Assembly (NCBI GenBank): GCA_964574925.1
Contig: CAZNQN010000001.1
Location: 1 to 25,559 of the forward strand
DNA: 25,559 nt
Source: an uncultured Phycisphaeraceae bacterium
GTDB lineage: Bacteria; Planctomycetota; Phycisphaerae; UBA1845
Direction: 5' to 3'
Both the position numbers and the translations under genes were made by a program. Under the pieces are notes generated by a model. The model had not been told where the DNA came from. It made no database searches and was given only the letters and a program-made list of their open reading frames with translations. Positions 8,199 through 18,359 of this stretch are shown in pieces (the first letter of the stretch is position 1; every line of letters starts with the position of its first letter).

Positions 8199-9650
8199 AT
8201 GTCACGGATTAACAGTAACGTCCCCTCGTTGATCGCTCAGCGTCACCTCGCGATTTCGCAAGAGGCGCTGCGACTATCCCTCGAGCGTCTCTCGAGCGGT
8301 CTGAAGATCAACCGGGGAGCGGACAACCCCGCGGGACTGATCGTCTCGGAACGGTTGCGTTCCGAGATCGGCGTGGTCAAACAGGCCATCGACAACACCT
8401 CGCGGGCGATCAACGTCATCGCCACCACCGAAGGCGCCCTGGACGAGGTGCAGGCGCTGCTGACGGACATCCAGGCGAAGATCGTAGAGGCGGCCAACAG
8501 CGGGGCGTTCTCCGACGATGAGATCGCCGCCAACCAGCTCCAGATCGACAACGCCATCGAGTCGATCACCCGGATCGCCAACACGACCACGTTCGCCGGG
8601 CGGAAGCTCATCAACGGCGAGCTGGACTACGTCACCAGTGGCGTGCAGACCAGCGCCCTGTCCGACGTGAACATCCTCGGGGCCAAGTTCGGCTCGCTGC
8701 CGTTCGTGGGGGTGACGGTGGACGTGGCGCAATCCGCGCAGAAAGCGGAGCTGGCGTTTGCCGGACCGGGACTGGGCGGCAGCTCCGTTACCGTGGACAT
8801 CCGCGGCAACGACGGAATCATCACGCTCACCTTCCCCGCCAGCGCGTCGACCGTGGACATGGTCAACGCCATCAACCAGCAGGTGGACGCCACCGGGGTG
8901 GTGGCGGTGTTGAGCGGGACGAACGGCTCAGCCGGAATGCGCATCCAGAGCCTCGAATACGGCAGCGATGCCTTCGTCTCCGTTCGCCAGATCGGCGGCG
9001 GCGGGTCGTTCGTCACCAAAAACCGCCAGGGTGTCGTCGATGATCACACCACGGGGCGAGACGCCGTGGCCACCGTCAACGGCATCAAGGCGGCCGCCAA
9101 CGGGTTGCGGCTGAGCTTCAGCTCTTCGCTGCTGAAACTCGAACTGACGCTGAACGAGTCGTACGGCAACGGCTCGACGGGGTTGGGACAGACCAGTTTC
9201 TCCATCACCGACGGCGGGGCGCTGTTCCAGCTCGGACCGCAGGTCAACACCAACCTCCAGGAGAACATCGGCGTCAAGAGCATGCAGGCCAACAAGCTGG
9301 GCAACGCCATCGTCGGGTACCTCTCCTCCTTGCAGAGCGGGCAACCCAACGAGTTGCGGAGCGGCAATTTCCAGCAGGCCTCCAAGATCGTGCAGGAGGT
9401 CATCACCCAGGTGGCGGTCCTCCGCGGGCGGTTGGGGGCGTTCGAGCGGAACACGCTCCAGCCCAACATCCGTCAGTTGCAGATCACGACGGAGAACCTG
9501 ACCGCTTCGGAGGCGACCATCCGGGACACGGACTTCGCGGCCGAGACGTCGGAGCTGACGCGGGCGCAGATTCTGGTGCAGGCGGGCAACAGCATTCTCG
9601 CCATCGCCAACGCGCAGTCGCAGAACGTTTTGACGCTGCTCGGCGGATAA
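8199..9650 (+). CDS. fliC: Flagellin (483 aa)
   Basis: MSRINSNV, LERLSSGLKINRGADNPAGL, GRLGAFERN and C-terminal LTASEATIRDTDFAAETSELTRAQILVQAG. Strong SD before the ATG at 8199. Confidence 0.97.
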   Translation: MSRINSNVPSLIAQRHLAISQEALRLSLERLSSGLKINRGADNPAGLIVSERLRSEIGVVKQAIDNTSRAINVIATTEGALDEVQALLTDIQAKIVEAANSGAFSDDEIAANQLQIDNAIESITRIANTTTFAGRKLINGELDYVTSGVQTSALSDVNILGAKFGSLPFVGVTVDVAQSAQKAELAFAGPGLGGSSVTVDIRGNDGIITLTFPASASTVDMVNAINQQVDATGVVAVLSGTNGSAGMRIQSLEYGSDAFVSVRQIGGGGSFVTKNRQGVVDDHTTGRDAVATVNGIKAAANGLRLSFSSSLLKLELTLNESYGNGSTGLGQTSFSITDGGALFQLGPQVNTNLQENIGVKSMQANKLGNAIVGYLSSLQSGQPNELRSGNFQQASKIVQEVITQVAVLRGRLGAFERNTLQPNIRQLQITTENLTASEATIRDTDFAAETSELTRAQILVQAGNSILAIANAQSQNVLTLLGG

Positions 9651-9691
9651 GCGGGCGCGTCAACGTAGACCGCGCGCATCGGTCGAGAAGC

Positions 9692-9732
9692 AACGGGTGC
9701 AGCGGCGGGGGACATCCCGCGCTGCACCCGTT
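9692..9732. terminator. Strong hairpin between convergent genes, probable bidirectional terminator
   Basis: Perfect 13-bp inverted repeat AACGGGTGCAGCG (9692-9704) / CGCTGCACCCGTT (9720-9732). Imperfectly extendable to about 9685-9742. U-tracts are weak. Confidence 0.65.
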
Positions 9733-9829
9733 TGCTATTCTCCACCATCAGGCGACCGGTGGTTTTGCCCGTGGGCTGCGAGGGTCCGTTTCGTCGCAGC
9801 GTGTCGGAAACACGCCGCATCGTGCCCCG

Positions 9830-12800
9830 TTACGGCTCCTCACCTTTCCAGTCGGGCAGTCGTCCCGGCGTCCAGGGCGCATGAGCCGCTTCGAACTTCT
9901 TCTCCAGCGCCGTCAGGTCGCGCATCAGCGCGCGAAGCTCGTCCTGCGCCTCGGCGAACGCCTCGCCCGCGTAACGGTATTCGTCACGCTGCGTCTGCGT
10001 CGGCGCTGAGGTGACGTACCAGTCCATCGCGTTGCTGATGCGGGTGGCGATCGAGGGCGGCACGGGTTCCTGGTGCTTGGCCCGCGTCCGGTCGCCGCTC
10101 AGCTTCGTCCGCAGCTTGTTCAGGCGACCCTCCAATGCGTGCAAGTGCGCGAACAGGTCGGGCTTGGCCTCCGGCGTCTCCAGATACGCCTTGCGAAGGT
10201 GGGCGATGCGCCGGGCGATCTCGTCGGTGCTGCGGATCGCGCCGCGTACCGCGCGGTACAGCTCCGCCACCTGGCGATTGAATGTCATCGCCTCCTCCTG
10301 GTCCTCCGCCGGGAAGGTCGCCAGCTTCAGCGGCACCACCTTGAAGGACACCGGTTCCGTCAGCTCGCTGATCTGCCCGTCCACCTCCTTGACGAGCGTG
10401 ACCGTGTAGGTGCCGGGCAACGCCAGCGGACCGGAGGGCGACCGTTCCCACGGTGGTCGGTTTTCGTTTTTTTTCAGAGAGATCGGCTGCGTGGACGGGT
10501 AGCGCAGGTTCCAGGCCGCCCGGTGGATGCCCTTCTCGCGGGACCCCTTGACCCGGCGGACGACCTCGCCGCTTTCGTCGCGCACCACCAGCCAGACCTG
10601 CGGCTCTTTCTCCTCGTCCTCGGCCCGCAGCTCCTCCAGCGTGGGATAGCGGACCGGTTTGCCGGCTTTCATGGCCTTTTTCTCCGCTTCGCGGCGCTTC
10701 TCCTTGCGCGTCTGGAGTTTCTCCTTGAGGTAGTAGGTGAACACGGCACCGAAGGGCGGGTTCTTGGCGGTGAAGTAGGAGGCACCCTGCGAGCCGCGCC
10801 CGGTGAAACCGCCCAGCCGGCTGTGCGGGATGTAACGCAGCGCGTCCTTGACGGGGAAGACATGGGCCGCCTTTTGGAGGAGCTCCTCGGTGACATGGCG
10901 AAGCGGGGTGTAGTCGTCGAGGATGTAGAATCCCCGGCCGAAGGTGGCCATCGCGAGGTCGTTCTCCCGCCGCTGCACGTCCAGGTCGCGGACGGCGATG
11001 GTGGGCAACCCGCTGATCTTGAACCACTTCTTGCCGCCGTCGAGCGTGAAATAGGCGCCGAACTCGGTGCCCACGAACAGCAGGTCCGCCTTCTCGTGGT
11101 CCTGCTGGATGCTGTAGACGATGTTTCGCTCCGGCAGGTTGCCGGTGATCGAGGTCCAGTTCCGCCCACGATCGGTGCTCTTGAGCAGGTACGGTTTGAA
11201 GTCGCCGTTCTTGTGGTTGTCGAAGGAGGCGTAGACCGTATCGGGATCGTGAAGAGAGGCGTAGACACAACTGACGTAGGTCATGTCGGGCACTTCGGGA
11301 AAGAGGGCGATCCGCCGCCACGTCTTGCCGCCGTCCTCGGTGACGTCGATGAGTCCGTCGTCGGTGCCTACGTAGATCAACCCCTCCACCAGCGGCGATT
11401 CGCTCAGCGCCACGGCATTGCCGAAGATGGAGGTGGAGCGGTTCTTGGCGACGGCGTCCACGCTCTGGATCTTGCCCATCACTTCGAGCTGGTTGCGGTC
11501 CAGCCGCCGGGTGAGGTCGCCGCTGATGACCGTCCAACTGTTGCCGCGGTCGTCGGAGCGGAACAGCTTGTTGGCGGCGAAATAAAGCCGTGTGTGACTG
11601 TGCGGGCTGATGATCAGCGGCGTATCCCAGTTCCAGCGGTAGGGCTCCTCGCCCGGTTTCTCCCGCGGTTTGATGTCCACGATCTCGCCGCTGCGGCGGT
11701 CGTGACGCACGAGTCCGCCGTACTGCCACTGGCTGTAGACGATGTTCGGGTCTTCAGGATCGACCTGGGTCTTGTATCCGTCGCCGCCGACGGTGATGAA
11801 CCAGTCCTCGTTGGCGATCCCGCCGGGACTGAGCGTCCGCGAGGGACCGCCCTGCGAATTGTTGTCCTGCGTCCCGCCGTAAACGTTGTAGAAGGGTTTC
11901 GCCTGGTCGACGCTTACGCGGTAGAACTGGGTCACGGGCAGGTTGGGTTTGAAGTGCCAGTTCCGCGCGCGGTCGTAGGTTTCGTAGATGCCGCCGTCGC
12001 AACCGACCAGCATGTGTTCGTTGTTGGCGGGGTCGATCCAGAGGGCGTGGTCGTCGACGTGGCGGTCCTTGCCCGGCACGCGGTGGAAGGTCTTGCCGCC
12101 GTCCTCGGTCACGCGCATGAAGGTGTCCAGCGCGTAAACCCGGTCCACCTCCACCGGGTCGCAGACGATCTCGTTGTAGTATTGGGGACTGGTCGTCATG
12201 TACCCGCTGCGCCTCTCCCACGTCTCGCCCCGATCGGTGGAACGGAAGAAGCCGCCCTTGTCGAACTGCGCCTCGATAATGGCGTACACCACGTCCGGAT
12301 CGGCCGGCGAGATGCACATGCCGATCCGTCCCTTGTCCACGTTGGGGATGCCGTGGGTGATCTTGCGCCAGGTCTTGCCGGCGTCGGTGGACTTGTAGAT
12401 CGCCGATTCCGGACCCCCGTTGATCAGCGTCCAGACCCGGCGGCGGCGCTGGTAGGCGGTGGCGTACAGCGTATCGGGATCGCGCGGGTCCATGTGGACC
12501 TCGTTGATTCCCGTATCGTCGCTGATGTGCAGGATGCGCCTCCAGGTCTTGCCGCCGTCGGTCGTTTTGTACAACCCGCGATCGCCGCCGGAGCGCCACA
12601 GCGGTCCCTGGGCGGCCACGTAGACCACGTTCGAATCGCGCGGGTCGACGACGATCCGCCCGATGTGTTCGGACTCTTTCAGGCCCATGTTCCGCCAGTG
12701 CTTCCCGCCGTCGACACTCTTGTACACCCCGTCGCCGAACGACACGCTGCGCTGACTGTTGTTTTCGCCCGTACCGACCCAGACGACGTGCGGGTTGTTC

Positions 12801-13129
12801 GGATCGACGGTGACGCAGCCGATCGAGTACGAGCCCTGTGAATCGAAAACGGGTGTGTAGGTGATGCCGGCGTTTTCCGTCTTCCAGACGCCGCCGGAGC
12901 AGACGGCCACGTAGTATTCCGTCCAGTCGTGCGGGTTGATGCCGAAGTCGCAGATCCGCCCGGACATCAGCGCCGGGCCGATCGACCGTGCTTTCAACCC
13001 GGCGAACGTGGCGTTGCTCAACGTGACGCCGCCGGGTTTGCCCTCCTTTTCCCCGGCCCGCACGGGGCACAGGGCCGGGAGGGCGCACAACGTGACCAGT
13101 CCGAGGGTACGAAATGGGGAATGCTTCAT
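9830..13129 (-). CDS. Secreted Asp-box/BNR-repeat beta-propeller protein (VPS10/sortilin-like, usually annotated as a glycosyl hydrolase), 1099 aa
   Basis: Sec signal peptide and 11 Asp-box-like motifs (e.g. YKSVDGGKHW, YKTTDGGKTW, FRSTDRGETW). C-terminal Ig-like segment (VRDESGEVVRR..GIHRAAWNLRY..PGTYTVTL) and a helical tail. AAGGAG SD on the minus strand. Confidence 0.88.
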   Translation of the reverse strand: MKHSPFRTLGLVTLCALPALCPVRAGEKEGKPGGVTLSNATFAGLKARSIGPALMSGRICDFGINPHDWTEYYVAVCSGGVWKTENAGITYTPVFDSQGSYSIGCVTVDPNNPHVVWVGTGENNSQRSVSFGDGVYKSVDGGKHWRNMGLKESEHIGRIVVDPRDSNVVYVAAQGPLWRSGGDRGLYKTTDGGKTWRRILHISDDTGINEVHMDPRDPDTLYATAYQRRRRVWTLINGGPESAIYKSTDAGKTWRKITHGIPNVDKGRIGMCISPADPDVVYAIIEAQFDKGGFFRSTDRGETWERRSGYMTTSPQYYNEIVCDPVEVDRVYALDTFMRVTEDGGKTFHRVPGKDRHVDDHALWIDPANNEHMLVGCDGGIYETYDRARNWHFKPNLPVTQFYRVSVDQAKPFYNVYGGTQDNNSQGGPSRTLSPGGIANEDWFITVGGDGYKTQVDPEDPNIVYSQWQYGGLVRHDRRSGEIVDIKPREKPGEEPYRWNWDTPLIISPHSHTRLYFAANKLFRSDDRGNSWTVISGDLTRRLDRNQLEVMGKIQSVDAVAKNRSTSIFGNAVALSESPLVEGLIYVGTDDGLIDVTEDGGKTWRRIALFPEVPDMTYVSCVYASLHDPDTVYASFDNHKNGDFKPYLLKSTDRGRNWTSITGNLPERNIVYSIQQDHEKADLLFVGTEFGAYFTLDGGKKWFKISGLPTIAVRDLDVQRRENDLAMATFGRGFYILDDYTPLRHVTEELLQKAAHVFPVKDALRYIPHSRLGGFTGRGSQGASYFTAKNPPFGAVFTYYLKEKLQTRKEKRREAEKKAMKAGKPVRYPTLEELRAEDEEKEPQVWLVVRDESGEVVRRVKGSREKGIHRAAWNLRYPSTQPISLKKNENRPPWERSPSGPLALPGTYTVTLVKEVDGQISELTEPVSFKVVPLKLATFPAEDQEEAMTFNRQVAELYRAVRGAIRSTDEIARRIAHLRKAYLETPEAKPDLFAHLHALEGRLNKLRTKLSGDRTRAKHQEPVPPSIATRISNAMDWYVTSAPTQTQRDEYRYAGEAFAEAQDELRALMRDLTALEKKFEAAHAPWTPGRLPDWKGEEP

Positions 13130-13664
13130 CGGTCAGGCTCCTTTCACAAACTCCGAGCGTTCCTCTACCGCGCCCGAAGTCGATCGACAAGCCAAAGCAG
13201 GCACGGTCACAATATCGGACGTTTCGGAGGGCGACTCAAAAAGGGGCGGTCCGCCTTCAAGGCACCGGAAACCGGCCGCAAGGAAGCCTCACCGAATGCA
13301 CACGAGGGCCCGGCGGGGAGATGCTGTCTTGGGCATCGTTCGTGTACCCACCGCGGGTTTGTCCGAAGCCAGTTCGCCCGGTGGTTTTCGCGCCAACGTC
13401 TTTATTTTCAAATCGTTACGAAAAAAAGGCGGCTTCGCGAGTGACCGGGGCGGTGCTCCTTCAACGTCCATTGCGAGTCGGGGATTCGAAGTCGCGGCAC
13501 AGGTCCCGCCAGTTTCGGCCTGATGCGATCCGGCGTCCTCGCCCTCCGGACGAACCCACCCGGTTTTCGACAACCTTCCCGCGGCCGGGGTGAGGTGGGT
13601 GAAATCCCACACACCGGCAAGGGACCGGCGGCGAAAAAAGATCGGAAAACGGTCGGGAAGGGAC

Positions 13665-13707
13665 TTGACAGGAGGCGAATTGACGATATGTATATCCATA
13701 TATATTT
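13665..13707 (+). promoter_or_regulatory. Candidate sigma70-type promoter/operator upstream of the Rrf2 gene
   Basis: TTGACA at 13665-13670 and TTGACG at 13680-13685, then the AT-rich imperfect palindrome ATATGTATATCCATATATAT (13686-13705) in an otherwise GC-rich sequence. The -35/-10 spacing is not a clean consensus. Confidence 0.5.
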
Positions 13708-13728
13708 GTTAGGCGGCGGGAGGTCCGG

Positions 13729-14217
13729 ATGCTGACGCTGACGGGGGAGTATGCGCTGCGGGCGATGGTGTTCCTGGCCCGGCAGGACGGCGGTGGTCCC
13801 GTCCCGGGACGCCGCATCGCACGGGAAACGCGGATCCCGCCCACTTACCTGTTGAAAGTTCTGGGGGATCTCGTCCGGGCCGGGTTGCTCGCCTCGGCAC
13901 CGGGTCGGCACGGAGGATTCCGGCTGGTGCGCGCCCCGAATCGAACCACGCTCTACGAGGTGTTGGTCCCCTTCGAGGTTCTCGAGCACGAGCGTTGCCC
14001 GTTCGGGAACGAGATTTGCAGCGAAGAACACCCGTGCAGGGCCCACGAAAAGTGGAAACGGGTCGTGGATTCCGAAAAACGCTTCCTCAAGCGGACCACC
14101 ATTGCGGATCTCGTGCAGCCGGAGGCGACGAAAGGACCGGCCCGCCGTCGGCGCAGCGGCACGAAGTCCCCCCGTCGGGAGACTCGGCGGACGTCCCGCA
14201 AGGGCGGTGGGCGGTGA
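13729..14217 (+). CDS. Rrf2-family transcriptional regulator with Fe-S cluster cysteines
   Basis: EYALRAM, IPPTYLLKVLGDLVRAGLL and GRHGGFRL. Cys90, Cys97 and Cys103 followed by His106 (CPFGNEICSEEHPCRAH). GGGAGG SD. Confidence 0.92.
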   Translation: MLTLTGEYALRAMVFLARQDGGGPVPGRRIARETRIPPTYLLKVLGDLVRAGLLASAPGRHGGFRLVRAPNRTTLYEVLVPFEVLEHERCPFGNEICSEEHPCRAHEKWKRVVDSEKRFLKRTTIADLVQPEATKGPARRRRSGTKSPRRETRRTSRKGGGR

Positions 14218-14232
14218 AAGGCGACGTGACGA

Positions 14233-16203
14233 ATGGGTGAAGGTGAAACAGCGGTGGCATCGCGCGGAACCGCCGACGGCTGGCCCGTCGTTCCCGTCGA
14301 GGTGCCGGACGAAACCTACTGGCGGAAACAGATCAAGTGCCAGTACGCCTGCCCGGTACACACCGACGCCCGCGGTTACGTGCGGGCCATCGCCCGCGGT
14401 GATTTCGAGACGGCCTATCTGATCGCCCGCGGTCCCAACCCGCTGGCGAGCATCTGCGGGCGGGTGTGCGGAGCGCCGTGCGAGGCCGCCTGTCGCCGCG
14501 GCTCCCTCGATCAGGCGATTTCCATCCGCGCCCTGAAGCGGTTCGTCACGGAACAATTCGGTCCGGAAGCGTTCCGGGAGGCGGAGTTCAAACCGCTCGA
14601 TCTTCTTCGCCGGGTGCTTCGCCACGCCTCGGAGCGAGCGTGCAGCGGTCCGGAGGAGCTGGCCGCTTTGGCGAAGACGCTTCGCCTGCGAAACGGCAAG
14701 CCCCCCGACGGTCCGAGCGTGGGCATCATCGGCTCCGGTCCGGCGGGTCTGGCGGCCGCTCACGATCTGGCCTTGCTGGGGTACCGCCCGGTGGTCTACG
14801 AGCTGGAGCCGGTGCCGGCGGGGATGCTGGCCGTCGGCATTCCGGAGTATCGCCTGCCGCGCGATCTGATCCGGGCGGAGGTGGAGGTCATCCGCGCCCT
14901 GGGCGTCGAGTTCATCTGCAACACCCGCGTCGGCGAGGACATCACGCTGGCGGAGATCCGCCGCAAGCATCGTGCGACCATTATCGCCGTGGGGGCGAAG
15001 AAGTCGCGCTCCATTCCGATCCCCGGCGCCGACGGACCGGGCGTCTTCGGCGGGATCGAGTTCCTCCGTGACGTGGCGCTGAAGAACCGCGGCGAGGGGT
15101 CCACCCTCCGTCGTCTCGGCAAGCGGATCGTGGTGATCGGCGGGGGGAACGTGGCCTACGACGTGTCGCGGACGGTGATCCGGCAGACGGGGTATGACGT
15201 GTCGCGCAGCGCGCTGCGTCAGGCGGCGGGGGCGGAGGTGCACCTGTGCTGCCTGGAGAGCATCGACGAGATGCCGGCGGACGACGTGGAGATCCTCGAA
15301 GGAGACGAGGAGGGCGTCCGACTCCATCCGTCCCTCGGTCCGGCGGAAGTGCTCCGCGACGGGGCGAGGGTGCGCGGCGTGGTCTTCAAGCGGTGTCTGT
15401 CGGTCTTCGACGAGAAGGGGCGCTTCGCCCCGCGCTTCGATGAAAACGACCGCGTGACGATCGAGGCGGACACCGTCATCTGGGCGATCGGGCAGCGACC
15501 GGACCTGTCGTTCGTCGAGCCGGAAGCGGATTTGAAGCTCAACGAACGCGGACTGATCGACTGCGATCCGGAGACATTGCAGACCTCGGCGCAGGACGTC
15601 TTCCTGGCGGGGGACATCGCGCACGGTCCGCGTCTGTTGATCGATGCCGTGGCGAGTGGAAAGAAATGCGCCCGATCGATTCACGCGTACCTGTCGGGCC
15701 AACCGCTGTCGTCGGAGCGGGAGCTGGTCCATCTGGAGATTCCGGGATACGAGCGGGAACCGGATTACGAAAAACATCCGCGCCGTCCCGTTCCCACGCT
15801 GGAGCCGCAGAAACGGCGGGCGAGCCAGACGGCCGTGGTGGAACGCGGCTACACGCGCGACGAAGCGATGTTCGAGGCCTGTCGCTGCCTGGATTGCGGC
15901 GTGAACACCATTTTCGATTCGGACAAGTGCATCCTCTGCGGCGGGTGCGCGGACGTCTGCCCGGAGCTTTGCCTGCAACTGGTCTCGTGCGACCGGCTTG
16001 CCGGGGACGAGCGTGTTCAAAGCGCCCTGCGGGAACGATTCGGGGAGGAGGACCTAACGGCCGTTTCGGCCATCGTGAAGGACGAGGAGAAGTGCATTCG
16101 TTGCGCCCTGTGTGCCCAGCGCTGTCCGACGGGGGCGATCACGATGGAGCGGTTTTCATTCCGGGATATGTGGAACGCGCCCGCGGGGGCGTGTACGGGA
16201 TAA
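14233..16203 (+). CDS. Cytoplasmic FAD/Fe-S NAD(P)H oxidoreductase (GltD/NfnB/DsrL-like) with a C-terminal 2x[4Fe-4S] ferredoxin domain
   Basis: CQYACP and CGRVCGAPCEAAC; GSGPAG (FAD) and GGGNVA (NAD(P)H); FLAGD; CRCLDC; CILCGGCADVCP and CIRCALCAQRCP. No signal peptide. Confidence 0.9.
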   Translation: MGEGETAVASRGTADGWPVVPVEVPDETYWRKQIKCQYACPVHTDARGYVRAIARGDFETAYLIARGPNPLASICGRVCGAPCEAACRRGSLDQAISIRALKRFVTEQFGPEAFREAEFKPLDLLRRVLRHASERACSGPEELAALAKTLRLRNGKPPDGPSVGIIGSGPAGLAAAHDLALLGYRPVVYELEPVPAGMLAVGIPEYRLPRDLIRAEVEVIRALGVEFICNTRVGEDITLAEIRRKHRATIIAVGAKKSRSIPIPGADGPGVFGGIEFLRDVALKNRGEGSTLRRLGKRIVVIGGGNVAYDVSRTVIRQTGYDVSRSALRQAAGAEVHLCCLESIDEMPADDVEILEGDEEGVRLHPSLGPAEVLRDGARVRGVVFKRCLSVFDEKGRFAPRFDENDRVTIEADTVIWAIGQRPDLSFVEPEADLKLNERGLIDCDPETLQTSAQDVFLAGDIAHGPRLLIDAVASGKKCARSIHAYLSGQPLSSERELVHLEIPGYEREPDYEKHPRRPVPTLEPQKRRASQTAVVERGYTRDEAMFEACRCLDCGVNTIFDSDKCILCGGCADVCPELCLQLVSCDRLAGDERVQSALRERFGEEDLTAVSAIVKDEEKCIRCALCAQRCPTGAITMERFSFRDMWNAPAGACTG

Positions 16204-16215
16204 AGGAATTCGACG

Positions 16216-16710
16216 ATGCCCACGACGAGTCCCGAACTGGAACAAAGCCAGCGCTTTCGACCGCCGGAGACGCGGCGGGATTTTCTGGGATTGGCGGCGG
16301 CATGGTCCGCGGTGGTGGCGATGGTGATGGCGCTTCTGGGGGCGATGCGACTGCCCATGCCCTCGGTGTTTCCCGAGTCGAATTCGAAGGTCAAGCTCGG
16401 CAAACCGAAGCGCTATGCCGTCGGTTCCGCGACCTATTTCCCCAAGCACCGCCTCTGGCTGTTCCGGACCCCGGAGGGGTTTCATGCCCTCTCGGCCGTC
16501 TGCACCCACCTGGGGTGCGTGACGGAGAGAGAAGAGGACGGGCATTTCCAGTGTCCGTGTCACGGCAGCAAGTTCGCGGCGGACGGGGCGCTGCTCGCGG
16601 GTCCGGCGCCGAGAGGGTTGCACTGGGTGGAGCTGAGCGTGTCGCCGGAGGGGTGGCTGGTGGCGGACACGCTGCGCGACGTGGAACCGGGGACCGTGTT
16701 GCAGGCCTAG
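16216..16710 (+). CDS. Rieske [2Fe-2S] subunit of a Rieske/cytochrome b complex
   Basis: Tat-like TRRDFL plus TM helix; box I CTHLGC; box II CPCHGS; GPAPRGL. Confidence 0.95.
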   Translation: MPTTSPELEQSQRFRPPETRRDFLGLAAAWSAVVAMVMALLGAMRLPMPSVFPESNSKVKLGKPKRYAVGSATYFPKHRLWLFRTPEGFHALSAVCTHLGCVTEREEDGHFQCPCHGSKFAADGALLAGPAPRGLHWVELSVSPEGWLVADTLRDVEPGTVLQA

Positions 16711-16731
16711 GCGGGCAAGCGGAGTGTCATC

Positions 16732-18336
<1,605 letters not shown>

Positions 18337-18359
18337 TTCACAAGGATCGGAAATCAGCG

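Noticed and set aside
10073-12841. 922-aa plus-strand ORF, and similar long antisense or off-frame ORFs (3339-5369, 13408-16020, 16156-18333, 18354-20807, 21041-22996, 21955-24219)
   Set aside because: These are shadows of real genes caused by high GC3 codon bias, with no recognisable motifs.
13470-13500. GGGATTCGAA, the reverse complement of a tRNA T-loop-like TTCGAATCCC
   Set aside because: No T-stem pairing, cloverleaf or CCA could be built around it.
13130-13728. Small ORFs in the 600-bp divergent intergenic region
   Set aside because: Several overlapping frames with no motif, SD or codon-bias support.
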